Origin: an uncultured Actinomycetes bacterium
GTDB lineage: Bacteria; Actinomycetota; Thermoleophilia; RBG-16-64-13
Length of the DNA: 64,000 nt
Direction: 5' to 3'
Assembly (NCBI GenBank): GCA_937148845.1
Contig: CAKZRW010000066.1
Coordinates: 92 to 64,091 of the forward strand
Numbering within the stretch: position 1 is the first letter of the stretch; the number at the start of each line of letters is the position of its first letter. Below, piece after piece: positions 1 to 10,257 of the stretch. The position numbers were made by a program, and so were the translations under genes. Below the pieces are notes generated by a model. The model ran no database searches, was not told the origin of the DNA, and saw nothing but the letters and a program-made list of their open reading frames with translations.

Positions 1-25
1 GGCGGCGCCACAATCACTCGACGAC

Positions 26-1666
<1,641 letters not shown>

Positions 1667-1731
1667 TTACCTGGATCTTAGTCTCACACCTTCACGGTCA
1701 CTTGACTGTCAGCCTGCAAGTGCGGACGGGA

Positions 1732-2028
1732 TCATTCGCCGGGAATCACGCCGATGATGTCGGTGAGTCCACGCAGAACGAGATACTCCTCGCCGTCGAG
1801 CTTGAGCTCAGTGCCGGCATACTTGGCGAAGACGACCACGTCGCCCTCTTTGACCGGCATCGGGATGAGTTCGCCCTTTTCAGAGTATTTGCCCGGTCCA
1901 ACGGCGACGACCCGACCCTTGGACGGCTTCTCTTTGGCCGTGTCGGGAAGCACGATGCCAGCCGGAGTGACCTGCTCCTGCTCGATGACTTTGACGATGA
2001 CCCTGTCCTCGAGTGGCACCAGTTTCAT
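1732..2028 (-). CDS. groS: Co-chaperonin GroES
   Basis: [13 protein letters not shown]... is typical GroES. The ATG at 2028 is preceded by AGGAGG at 7-nt spacing. The track ORF starts two codons earlier at a TTG. Confidence 0.95.
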   Translation of the reverse strand: MKLVPLEDRVIVKVIEQEQVTPAGIVLPDTAKEKPSKGRVVAVGPGKYSEKGELIPMPVKEGDVVVFAKYAGTELKLDGEEYLVLRGLTDIIGVIPGE

Positions 2029-2097
2029 GCACAATCCTCCTACTTATGGCGTTGATGATGACTGCTGCTCGTGGAGCCTTTCGCCCCATCGGGAGAA

Positions 2098-2124
2098 TTG
2101 GCACTCTCCCCTTGAGAGTGCCAA
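2098..2124 (-). promoter_or_regulatory. CIRCE (HrcA operator) inverted repeat
   Basis: TTGGCACTC-N9-GAGTGCCAA is a perfect 9-bp inverted repeat matching the CIRCE consensus TTAGCACTC-N9-GAGTGCTAA. It lies between the promoter and groES. Confidence 0.85.
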
Positions 2125-2133
2125 CGCGCGCAT

Positions 2134-2162
2134 ATGTTATGCGCAGACTCAAGATTTGTCAA
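2134..2162 (-). promoter_or_regulatory. Sigma-70-like promoter for groES-groEL
   Basis: On the minus strand: TTGACA, 17-nt spacer, TAACAT, immediately upstream of CIRCE. Confidence 0.6.
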
Positions 2163-2225
2163 ATGCCTCGTGGAAGGGCAGCCAGGTGAACCGGCGCGAG
2201 CAACGGGAGACGAGGACCGCCAAGT

Positions 2226-3821
2226 CTAGGGCGACTCCGCAGGGAGCCAATGCCCGAGCGGCAGAGAAGCAGACGCGTCCAGCTCCAGATAGGTCGGATA
2301 CGGCAGGAAGGGTCCGGCCAGTGCAGCGGCCCCGATCATAGCCGCGTTGTCGGTGCAATAAGCCAAGGGAGGGACGACCACGTGGAAACCAGCGGCCTCA
2401 CCCTGCTCTCGCAGACGACGACGAAGGAGCGAGTTGGCAGCCACCCCACCAGCCACGGCAAGGGTCCTCGCCTGCTCCTTGCGGCCTGTTTGCAGCGATT
2501 TCTCCACCAAGGCCCGTACGATGGCTTCCCGATAGGAGGCGGCGACATCTGCTGCCCGCCGCGCTCTTTCCTCCGCGCTCATGTCCCGCAGCAGGTAGTA
2601 CAGCGCCGTCTTCACTCCCGAGAAAGAAAAGTCGGGCTTGCGTGAGCGGCGCAGGGCCACCGGGAAGCGGAAGGCAGCGGCATCACCTTTCTCTGCCAAC
2701 AGATCGAGCTCTCTCCCGCCCGGGTACCCCAGCCCGAGCAGACGGGCGCCCTTGTCGAAAGCCTCGCCCGCAGCATCGTCGAGAGTCTGGCCCAGGAGAC
2801 GGAAAGAGGCTCTGTCGTCCGCGCGGACCAGAAGGGTATGCCCTCCTGAGGCCACCAGAATGACCATGGGGAAAGGCGCCGCGGGATCGGCCAACCAGAC
2901 TGCCGCCAGATGTCCGTGCAGATGATTCACTGGATAAAGCGGTAAACGCCGGCTCCAGGCTATGACCTTGGCTGTCTGGACTCCCACTAGAAGAGCACCG
3001 ATGAGGCCAGGACCCACCGTGACAGCCACCCCGCCCAGATCGTCAAAATCACAGCGCGCTTCTCGCAGAGCCTCGGCAACCACTGCACTCATCCTTTCCA
3101 CGTGCGCCCGGCTGGCCGCCTCTGGCACTACCCCTCCGTAGCGCTCGTGTATGGAATCCTGGGAGTGCGAGATCGAGGTCAGGACCTGGCCCTCCCCGGT
3201 CAATACGGCAGCCGCCGTATCGTCGCAAGAGGTTTCGATGGCTAACAACAGTCTGTCCCTGTCCCAAGGTCGCCCACCAGTAGTCCACGACCCCCGGCTC
3301 GGTCTCGGCTTCGCCCGCAGGGCTCCCCGCCCCGCTCGCGACGTCGGGGCGGCGGGTTTCCGGGGGCCAGGCTCACACTTCAACACCAAAGCGTCTTCCC
3401 CTGTGTCACGGTAGTAGCCTCGGCGCACGCCGACCTGCTCGAAACCAGCCGCGGCATACAACCTAAGCGCAGCCGAATTGGCGGGTCTCACTTCCAGAAG
3501 GACTGCACAATCTGCCTCTCGAGCGGCCGCCATGAACTCCTCCAAGAGCAGGCGGCCTATGCCCCGGCCTCGAAACGACGGAGCTACGGCCAGGTCCATG
3601 AGGTGCCAGACCTCGGGGTACATCCGTCCGAAGAGGTAGCCAACCACCCTCCCGGAAGCGTCTTCCGCCACCATCTTCCAAGCTAGCGGCTCATCGAGCT
3701 CGTCGGCCAACATCCCGGACGACCAAGGGTCCGGGAAGGAGGTGCTCTCGATAGCCGCCACTTGGGGCAGGTCAGCGGGCCGCATTCCCCGCAAGAGTAT
3801 CAACCCGGTGTTCATGGACAT
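2226..3821 (-). CDS. tsaD: Fused RimI-type N-acetyltransferase / tRNA t6A37 threonylcarbamoyltransferase TsaD
   Basis: One uninterrupted frame. The N-terminal GNAT domain has RGRGIGRLLLEE. A roughly 40-aa Arg/Pro linker follows, then TsaD (AIETSCDDTAAAV, VTVGPGLIGALLVG, PVNHLHGHL, VAGGVAANS). Start chosen at the ATG at 3821 after GGAG. Confidence 0.85.
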   Translation of the reverse strand: MSMNTGLILLRGMRPADLPQVAAIESTSFPDPWSSGMLADELDEPLAWKMVAEDASGRVVGYLFGRMYPEVWHLMDLAVAPSFRGRGIGRLLLEEFMAAAREADCAVLLEVRPANSAALRLYAAAGFEQVGVRRGYYRDTGEDALVLKCEPGPRKPAAPTSRAGRGALRAKPRPSRGSWTTGGRPWDRDRLLLAIETSCDDTAAAVLTGEGQVLTSISHSQDSIHERYGGVVPEAASRAHVERMSAVVAEALREARCDFDDLGGVAVTVGPGLIGALLVGVQTAKVIAWSRRLPLYPVNHLHGHLAAVWLADPAAPFPMVILVASGGHTLLVRADDRASFRLLGQTLDDAAGEAFDKGARLLGLGYPGGRELDLLAEKGDAAAFRFPVALRRSRKPDFSFSGVKTALYYLLRDMSAEERARRAADVAASYREAIVRALVEKSLQTGRKEQARTLAVAGGVAANSLLRRRLREQGEAAGFHVVVPPLAYCTDNAAMIGAAALAGPFLPYPTYLELDASASLPLGHWLPAESP

Positions 3822-3849
3822 GGATTCTCCGTTTTCCAGGCCCGATGCC

Positions 3850-4797
3850 CTACGCCCAAGGATCACGCATCTTGGTGATGTGCAAGTCAGCATCGGGAGA
3901 TCTGACATAGATGGGCCTGACGCTTTCAGGAGTGCCCGGGGCTCCCGGTCTGAGCGGCGCTACCTTGAGGTCATCGGCAAGAGCCTGGCCCAGCCAGGCA
4001 AGGGCGTCCACCCCGCCTTCCTCCCCTGCGGGCTCCTCCAACCACTCTTGGCCAACCAAGAGAAACTGAGGGCGTAGCAAAGAGTCGACCGCGGTCCAGC
4101 CAGCCGGGACCTCCACCGGGATGAAGTCAAGGTCACCCACAAGAATGCCGGTACCGGCCCGTTGCCCAAGTACATCGCTCAGAGCCCGGCGGTCGCAAAG
4201 AGCTATCGGGCCAGAGCGGCGCCAGGCCGGGAGGCTCACGTCGCTGCCTCTCCCTTGCCCCGCCCTGACCGCCTCGTAGATGGCATAGAACACCTGTCCC
4301 CGACGGGCATCAACGAACGGGACGATCGTGCCAGCCGAGGACGGGACGATCTTGTTGGCCAGCCCTTCCCCCTCCTCAGAGGCTGTTTCGGCAGACTCTT
4401 CACCAGACTGGACTCTTAGGGCAGCGACTGCTGCAAGCGCGCCCAGCGTATTCACCCCGACTACGGGACGGTCGAGAGCTAGGGCGAGAGCCCGAGCCAT
4501 CGCCACGGCGAGTCGCACCCCTGTGAAAGTCCCAGGCCCTATCCCGACCACCACAGCACCGATGTCGCCCGGCTCCGCGCCCATGCTGCACAAGAGCTCG
4601 TCGAGCGAGCGGACTAGACTACGCGCCTGGTTTTGTCCACCCGTGTCGAGGCGGTCGGCAAGCAGCCCCAGCGAGAACCGCCCCCCTCTGTGGCCGCCGC
4701 GATCGCCGCCCGACTCGCTGCTGCAGTCGTAAACAAACAGCGCCACCCCGCACGCCCGAGTGGAACTGTCCAAGGCTACCACCAGCCTCTCAGCCAC
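3850..4797 (-). CDS. tsaB: tRNA t6A37 complex protein TsaB (YeaZ) with low-complexity insertions
   Basis: LVVALDSSTRACGVAL and GIGPGTFTGVRL motifs. The GTG at 4797 is preceded by GGGAGG at 6-nt spacing and overlaps the tsaE stop. Confidence 0.8.
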   Translation of the reverse strand: MAERLVVALDSSTRACGVALFVYDCSSESGGDRGGHRGGRFSLGLLADRLDTGGQNQARSLVRSLDELLCSMGAEPGDIGAVVVGIGPGTFTGVRLAVAMARALALALDRPVVGVNTLGALAAVAALRVQSGEESAETASEEGEGLANKIVPSSAGTIVPFVDARRGQVFYAIYEAVRAGQGRGSDVSLPAWRRSGPIALCDRRALSDVLGQRAGTGILVGDLDFIPVEVPAGWTAVDSLLRPQFLLVGQEWLEEPAGEEGGVDALAWLGQALADDLKVAPLRPGAPGTPESVRPIYVRSPDADLHITKMRDPWA

Positions 4798-5251
4798 CAG
4801 CAGCCTCCCAGCGCGTTCTAGCCGCGTCGTCCATGGCCAAGATCTCGATAGCGCGTTCAAGCAGAGAAACGTGCTCCAGCCTCACCAGCCAAGAAGGGTC
4901 CCCCAGCCGCTCCGCCCCCACCTCCGGCCACTCGACCAGAGTCACGGCTCGATCGTCCCGATATTCCTCGAGCGCGAGGGCATCGTCGTCGGCAAGCGTT
5001 TCCAGACGGTATAAGTCTAGGTGCCTAACAATGAGGTCACCTCGGTAGATGTTGGCCAGAGTGAAAGACGGACTGCGGACGGGATCGCTGACCCTAAGAG
5101 CCTCCGCCACGGCTCGAACGAACGTGGTCTTACCCGAGCCCAGAGGCCCTAGCAAGAGCACCAAGTCTCCCGGGCGCAAGGCCCGGGCCAGGCGCCGAGC
5201 CGCTCTGGTAAGAACGGTCAGGCTCGCCCGAGAGTGGCTGTACACTACCAC
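4790..5251 (-). CDS. tsaE: tRNA t6A37 ATPase TsaE
   Basis: P-loop GPLGSGKTTF followed by SPSFTL..Y....HLDLYRL. Only the C-terminal part of ORF 4790..5674 is TsaE-like; the upstream part overlaps the UDG gene. The start (GTG 5251 or TTG 5266) is uncertain. Confidence 0.8.
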   Translation of the reverse strand: MVVYSHSRASLTVLTRAARRLARALRPGDLVLLLGPLGSGKTTFVRAVAEALRVSDPVRSPSFTLANIYRGDLIVRHLDLYRLETLADDDALALEEYRDDRAVTLVEWPEVGAERLGDPSWLVRLEHVSLLERAIEILAMDDAARTRWEAAGG

Positions 5252-5259
5252 GCCCTCGC

Positions 5260-6021
5260 CTACCAAAGCAGCAACTGCTCCCCCCGTGAGGTAGCCACCT
5301 TGTCTTCCGGGACGACCGCCTCCACGCGCCCCTCTATCCCTGGCCGGAGCTGATCTTGCCAGGGCCCTGCGTCCTCCCGTATGGCCGCCTCTGCCTTGCG
5401 CAAGGCGTCCGCACCTCGGGCCAGAAGGACCTTGAGTTTGGCGAAGTCCTCCTCCAGGACCACACGGTTGGCCGGAGTGTAGAGAGCAGCAGCCGGGTGG
5501 AACACCGGGAAGATGATGACCTTGTGACCACAGAGTTCCCGCTCCTTGGCTCTCCCATGTATGGCGGTGATACTGGATTCTGTATCGGCGAGCAGCCGCG
5601 TAGCGAAACGACCAAGCGTGCAGATCACGCGCGGGCCGATGATGTCGATCTGTTTCATCAGTTTTGGACTGCATGCCTCTATCTCGTCAGGGGCTGGATC
5701 CCGATTCTCAGGAGGTCGGCACTTGACAACGTTAGCGATATACACTTGGTTCCTCTCTAGACCGATGCCCTGCAACAGCTCCGTGAGCAGCTTACCGGCT
5801 TGTCCCACGAATGGCTCTCCTTGCCGGTCTTCGTGGAAACCTGGCCCCTCTCCCACCAGCATCAACTCAGCCTCGGGGTCACCTACTCCGAACACCACCT
5901 GTGTACGCCCCCGATGGAGCGGGCAGTCGGTACAGTCTCGTATCGACTCGTGAAGCGCCCGCAACGCCGCAGCAGCATCCATTTCGACTCCGGATTTCTG
6001 CCTATTCCAGGTCTCGTCCAT
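5260..6021 (-). CDS. Uracil-DNA glycosylase, family 4 (Fe-S type) with C-terminal extension
   Basis: CTDCPLH, GEGPGFHEDRQGEPFVGQAGKLL, NVVKCRPP and HPAAALY motifs. Confidence 0.85.
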   Translation of the reverse strand: MDETWNRQKSGVEMDAAAALRALHESIRDCTDCPLHRGRTQVVFGVGDPEAELMLVGEGPGFHEDRQGEPFVGQAGKLLTELLQGIGLERNQVYIANVVKCRPPENRDPAPDEIEACSPKLMKQIDIIGPRVICTLGRFATRLLADTESSITAIHGRAKERELCGHKVIIFPVFHPAAALYTPANRVVLEEDFAKLKVLLARGADALRKAEAAIREDAGPWQDQLRPGIEGRVEAVVPEDKVATSRGEQLLLW

Positions 6022-6080
6022 CGTAGCTTCCAGGTTACCAAAAGAACGGCGCCGCTAGCTGTCCGCTGGCGCTCCGCCGC

Positions 6081-6109
6081 TTGCCGCGTCTGCGAGGTAC
6101 TGTTATCCT
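6081..6109 (+). promoter_or_regulatory. Candidate promoter of the DUF2520-yjbQ-hps/rraA operon
   Basis: TTGCCG, 17-nt spacer, TATCCT. It would give a leader of about 185 nt. Confidence 0.35.
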
Positions 6110-6131
6110 TCGCCGTGGACAACTGTGGAGA

Positions 6132-6224
6132 GAGTCCACTGACCCCCCGCGGTCATGAGGCGGACCGCCTACCCTGGGGAGGCGTAGCTGCACGACCACT
6201 GCGGGTGGCAGTGGAGTAAGACTC
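6132..6224 (+). other. Long imperfect hairpin in the 5' leader (candidate cis-regulatory RNA)
   Basis: GAGTCCACTG (6132-6141) pairs with CAGTGGA..GACTC (6209-6224). An inner helix pairs CCCCCGCGG with CTGCGGGTGG, and there are small apical hairpins. Confidence 0.35.
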
Positions 6225-6300
6225 ATAGGCCGAGCCACGTCTGGTATCTCTCGGTAGAACTGGAACAGGCAGGTATCTCATCGAGGCAGAAACCACACCT

Positions 6301-7242
6301 CTGCGTTTTGCCGTCATCGGCGCCGGTCGACTCGGAGCGAGCCTCCTACTGGCTTTGCGCAATCAGGGCGCTGTACTCACCGGGTTTGTTACCCGCACAC
6401 CCGCAGGTCGGGAGCGCGCCCGCGCTTGGACCGGTCTGGAACCGTTGCAGACACTCGCCGAGCTGGTCGCCACCGAACCTCGTCTCTTCATCATCGCGGT
6501 CCCCGACGACAACGTGTCCGCGGCCGCCGAGGAATTGGGGGCGCTCCTCGCTGAACGGAGATCGGCCGCTCCTCCCGTGGTGCTTCACACCAGCGGCGTC
6601 ACCTCGGTCTCTGCCTTGCGCCTTTGTGAAGAGGCCGGATGCCTAGTGCTGGTTTTCCATCCTTTGCAGACCTTCCCCGATCCTGCTCTGGGAGCCGGTC
6701 GTCTCCAGGGCTCGGCCGTGGCCATAACCCCACCCGAAGGGGGACGACGGGCGGAGGCGCTGGCATTCGGTGTTGCGCTCGCTCGTCTCCTTGGAGCGCA
6801 TCCCTTCCTGCTGGAAGATGACCGGCGAGCGCTTTACCACGCTGCCGCTGTGGTGGCCTGCAACTACTTTGTAACCCTGGCAGAACAAGCGCGAAAGCTT
6901 TTCGTCCGAGCAGGACTCCCAGAGCAAGAGGCGCTCACGCTTTTCCTGCCGCTGGTCGCTTCGACCTTGGAGAACATCCGCACAACAGGTACGGCTGCAG
7001 CTCTGACCGGACCCGTGGCCCGAGGCGATGGGGACACCGTGCGCAAACACCTGGAAGCACTGAGCCTAGAGGCCCCCGAGGTAGTCCCCCTCTACGTGGC
7101 TTTGGGATTGGCCACGGTTGAGCTGGCCCGCCTGCAAGGACGCCTTGGTGACGCCGAACTCAAGGCTGTAAGGAGCGCCCTCGGGGAGTGGCACAACCTT
7201 TCCCCGTTCACTCTGGACAACCGCATGGAGATAGGAACATGA
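6301..7242 (+). CDS. Rossmann-fold oxidoreductase with DUF2520-type C-terminal domain
   Basis: The dinucleotide-binding motif FAVIGAGRLG starts at 6307, upstream of the first ATG/GTG/TTG in frame (6355). Start tentatively placed at the CTG at 6301. Confidence 0.7.
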   Translation: MRFAVIGAGRLGASLLLALRNQGAVLTGFVTRTPAGRERARAWTGLEPLQTLAELVATEPRLFIIAVPDDNVSAAAEELGALLAERRSAAPPVVLHTSGVTSVSALRLCEEAGCLVLVFHPLQTFPDPALGAGRLQGSAVAITPPEGGRRAEALAFGVALARLLGAHPFLLEDDRRALYHAAAVVACNYFVTLAEQARKLFVRAGLPEQEALTLFLPLVASTLENIRTTGTAAALTGPVARGDGDTVRKHLEALSLEAPEVVPLYVALGLATVELARLQGRLGDAELKAVRSALGEWHNLSPFTLDNRMEIGT

Positions 7243-7763
7243 TGGAAGAAGCTATGTCGACCCCTGAGCCCACCCCAGACTCGCCGCTGCCGGGCCCGCG
7301 CCAGCTTACGCTGACCGAGGGTTCGCTCTGCCTGGGCACGGCGGAAGTTGTCACCCGGCGCCTGCAGTTCACCACAACGGGGGACGCGGACATGGTCAAC
7401 CTCACTCAAGGCGTACGCCAGGCCGTGCGAGAAAGCGGCCTGCGCGCCGGTCTCGTGACTATCTTCGTGCCCGGAGCCACCGGGGCTGTGACCACTCTTG
7501 AGTTCGAGCCCGGCGTGGTGAAGGATTTCCGGGCGTTGTTCGACCGTGTCGCCTCTCCTACTGAGCACTACTACCACAACGACACCCACCCCGACTGCAA
7601 TGGTCACGCCCATGTCCGCGCGGGGCTGCTGGGACCCTCATTGGTGGTCCCGTTCGAGGAAGCTGAACCCTGCCTCGGCCACTGGCAGGAGATAGCTTTT
7701 GTCTGCTTCGACAATCGGCCTCGGCAACGCACGGTCATCCTGCAGCTCATGGGAGTGCGCTGA
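7239..7763 (+). CDS. YjbQ/UPF0047 family protein (secondary thiamine-phosphate synthase-like)
   Basis: VNLTQGVRQAV..SGLRAGLVTIFVPGATGAVTTLEFEP...GHAHVRAGLLGPS...GHWQEI is a typical YjbQ motif string. The ATG overlaps the upstream stop (ATGA). Confidence 0.85.
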   Translation: MMEEAMSTPEPTPDSPLPGPRQLTLTEGSLCLGTAEVVTRRLQFTTTGDADMVNLTQGVRQAVRESGLRAGLVTIFVPGATGAVTTLEFEPGVVKDFRALFDRVASPTEHYYHNDTHPDCNGHAHVRAGLLGPSLVVPFEEAEPCLGHWQEIAFVCFDNRPRQRTVILQLMGVR

Positions 7764-7838
7764 CCATGAACACCTTACGACCACTTGCACCAGGGAGACC
7801 CCGCCATAGCCTTGATCCACACAGGAGGGGGAGGGCCT

Positions 7839-9125
7839 ATGAAACCAGTACTCCAGCTCGCTCTTGATTTCGTCGACCTTCCGCGCGCACTGCAGGTAGC
7901 CGAAGAGGCTGTCGCCGGAGGGGCGGACTGGCTCGAAGCCGGCACCCCCCTCATCAAGAGCGAAGGTCTCCAGGCTGTGCGTGAACTCAAGGCCCGCTGG
8001 CCCGACCATGTGATCGTCGCCGACATGAAGACCATGGACGCAGGTCGAGCCGAGGTGGAATACGCAGCCAAGGCAGGAGCCCGGGTAGTGGGGGTCCTGG
8101 GTGCCGCCTCGGATGCCACTATCCGCGAGTGTATCGAAGCGGCCCGCAACTACGGAGCCGAGATCGTTGTAGACATGATCCAGGTGGCAGACGTCGTGGA
8201 ACGGGCGAAAGCAGTCGAGGAGATGGGCGCGAGCTACATCGGCATCCACATCGCCATCGACGAGCAGATGCGTGGTCAGACGCCCTTTGCTCTGTTGGAG
8301 CAGGTCGCCCGGGCGGTCACCCTCCCCGTGGCCGTGGCAGGAGGTATCAACTCGGAGACGGCACCTCTTGCCATCCAGGCAGGGGCTAGCATCGTGGTGG
8401 TAGGAGGGGCGATCATAAAGGCCGCCGATGCTACAGCGGCCACCCGCACCATCAAGCAGGCCATGGAGACCCTGACCCCCGTCCGCTCGGAATACTTCGT
8501 CCGGGCCACCGGGCCCGATTTACGCGAGAAGCTTGCGCGAGTCTCAGCGGCGAACGTCTCCGACGCTCTCCATCGTGCAGGAGACATCCCCGGCCTCCAC
8601 CCCCTCACCCCCGGTTCCAAGCTGGTCGGGCCCGCTCTCACAGTGCGCACTTATGCCGGCGACTGGGCTAAACCCGTGGAAGCGATCGACAAGGCCGCCC
8701 CGGGGGACGTGATCGTGATCGACGCCGGGGGAATCGGGCCGGCGGTGTGGGGAGAGCTGGCCACCCACTCGGCCCTCCAGCGCAAGGTGGCCGGGGTGGT
8801 GATCTACGGTGCCGCCCGCGACAGTGGGGACATCCGGGCCCTTGGCTTCCCCTTGTTCTGTTCTCTGGTGTCCCCGACGGCAGGCGAACCTAAGGGCTTC
8901 GGGGAGATCGGGGTGCCCATACGTATTGCTGGAGTCCGGATTTGCCCGGGCGACTGGATCATCGGGGACGATGACGGAGTGTGCGTGATACCACGGGAGA
9001 AGGCGCTGGAATACACGAACCGGGCCATGGATGTCCTGGAAAGGGAGAACCGCTTGCGCAAGGAGATACAGGAAGGCAGTACCTTGAGCCAGGTGGGGTA
9101 TCTCCTCCGCTGGGAGAAGCGCTAG
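7839..9125 (+). CDS. Fusion of 3-hexulose-6-phosphate synthase-like (OMPDC family) and RraA-like domains
   Basis: The N-terminal half, MKPVLQLALDF....WLEAGTPLIK...VADMKTMDAG, is HPS-like. The C-terminal half, ANVSDAL...GPALTV...GDVIVIDAGG..AVWGEL...GVVIYGAARD, is RraA-like. GGAGGGGGAGGG lies upstream of the ATG at 7839. Confidence 0.8.
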   Translation: MKPVLQLALDFVDLPRALQVAEEAVAGGADWLEAGTPLIKSEGLQAVRELKARWPDHVIVADMKTMDAGRAEVEYAAKAGARVVGVLGAASDATIRECIEAARNYGAEIVVDMIQVADVVERAKAVEEMGASYIGIHIAIDEQMRGQTPFALLEQVARAVTLPVAVAGGINSETAPLAIQAGASIVVVGGAIIKAADATAATRTIKQAMETLTPVRSEYFVRATGPDLREKLARVSAANVSDALHRAGDIPGLHPLTPGSKLVGPALTVRTYAGDWAKPVEAIDKAAPGDVIVIDAGGIGPAVWGELATHSALQRKVAGVVIYGAARDSGDIRALGFPLFCSLVSPTAGEPKGFGEIGVPIRIAGVRICPGDWIIGDDDGVCVIPREKALEYTNRAMDVLERENRLRKEIQEGSTLSQVGYLLRWEKR

Positions 9126-9231
9126 CCGTCTGGAAATCCGATCCACCGGCTGCTGTCAGGCGCGTCGGCTTGGGCACGCTTTCTCTGGCTACCCACTGTG
9201 TGTTCCTCCAGCCGGAAGCCGCCTGGTCGGC

Positions 9232-10257
9232 CTAGGGTACCTCCACCACTAGGCTGTCTATCAAGCGCGTCTCCCCGAACCGGACGGCCAGGGCCAGTAG
9301 ACACCGGCCTCGCAGCGTTTGCACCGGCTGGAGGCTGTCAGCATCCACCACTTCTACGTAATCGATCACCGCTAGCGGAGCCGTATGGACGATCTCGGAG
9401 AGACGGCGGACAATCACTTCCGCCGCCCGCTCGCCCCCTTCGACCAGGTGCCGGGCCTCCTGCAACGCGGCGAAAAGCACCGGCGCCTGCTCCCGCTGGA
9501 CCTTCGTGAGGCGAGTGTTGCGCGAGCTGAGAGCAAGACCGTCTGCCTCCCGCACTGTGGGACAGCCCACTATCTCCACGGGAAGATTCAGGTCCCGGGT
9601 CATGCGCCGGATCACGGCCAGCTGTTGGAAATCTTTTTCGCCGAAGTAGGCACGGTCGGGGCTGCAAATAGCGAAGAGCTTGGCGACCACGGTGCATACT
9701 CCCCGAAAATGACCAGGACGGGAGGCACCGCACAAGTGGTCGGTCAACCGCTGGACCTCTACCCAGGTGGCGAAACCGTCCGGATACATCTCTGCCACCG
9801 AAGGAGCGAAAACCAGGTCAGCGCCGGCCTGCCCCGCCACCTGGCGGTCGTGTTCCAGAGTGCGGGGATAGGTAGCGAGGTCGCGCCGGTCGTCGAACTG
9901 GGTGGGGTTCACGAACACGGAGACTACGACCAGGCCGTTCTCTGAGCGGGCCCGGCGCATAAGAGAGGCGTGACCATTATGCAGAGCCCCCATGGTGGGC
10001 ACCAGACCTACACTTAGACCGCTGGCGCGGGCAGCTGCAACTTGTGAGCGGAGCTCCACGATGGTTTCCACGACGCGAGCCGGGCGGGTGGGGACATCCG
10101 GCCCTTCGGGAGTGCACGACTCGGCAGGCCCCCCCGGCGCGGCAAGCGGAGCGGTCCCAGAACGAGGTCTCAGGGTTTCTTCGTCCCCGAGGGCGCTCGC
10201 TCCACCGCTTCCATCCTCATACGGCATCCCAGTTCCCGACCTCGCTTCCCGAGTCAT
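9232..10257 (-). CDS. panC: Pantoate--beta-alanine ligase with a ~65-aa N-terminal low-complexity extension
   Basis: PTMGALHNGH, VSVFVNPTQF and FGEKDFQQ motifs. The start overlaps the upstream stop (ATGA). Confidence 0.9.
   Translation of the reverse strand: MTREARSGTGMPYEDGSGGASALGDEETLRPRSGTAPLAAPGGPAESCTPEGPDVPTRPARVVETIVELRSQVAAARASGLSVGLVPTMGALHNGHASLMRRARSENGLVVVSVFVNPTQFDDRRDLATYPRTLEHDRQVAGQAGADLVFAPSVAEMYPDGFATWVEVQRLTDHLCGASRPGHFRGVCTVVAKLFAICSPDRAYFGEKDFQQLAVIRRMTRDLNLPVEIVGCPTVREADGLALSSRNTRLTKVQREQAPVLFAALQEARHLVEGGERAAEVIVRRLSEIVHTAPLAVIDYVEVVDADSLQPVQTLRGRCLLALAVRFGETRLIDSLVVEVP

Noticed and set aside
5252-5674. N-terminal ~140 codons of ORF 4790..5674
   Set aside because: This stretch overlaps the UDG gene in another frame and is Gly/Arg-rich. 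Only the distal part is TsaE.
6120-6230. Identity of the structured regions at 6132-6224 and 23041-23195 as SRP RNA, 6S RNA, RNase P, tmRNA or a TPP riboswitch
   Set aside because: I looked for the SRP domain IV GGAA/AGCA loops, the RNase P GAGGAAAGUCC box, a tRNA-like 3' end and the TPP CUGAGA / ACCUGAUCUGGAUAAUGCCAGCG core. I found none.
6035-6362. ORFs 6035..6238 (-) and 6153..6362 (-) in the UDG / DUF2520 intergenic region
   Set aside because: Arg/Pro-rich, with no RBS or homology features. The region is better explained as a structured leader.
9126-9231. A terminator between the convergent hps/rraA and panC genes
   Set aside because: Only short imperfect GC palindromes. No stem of 7 bp or more with a U tract on either strand.
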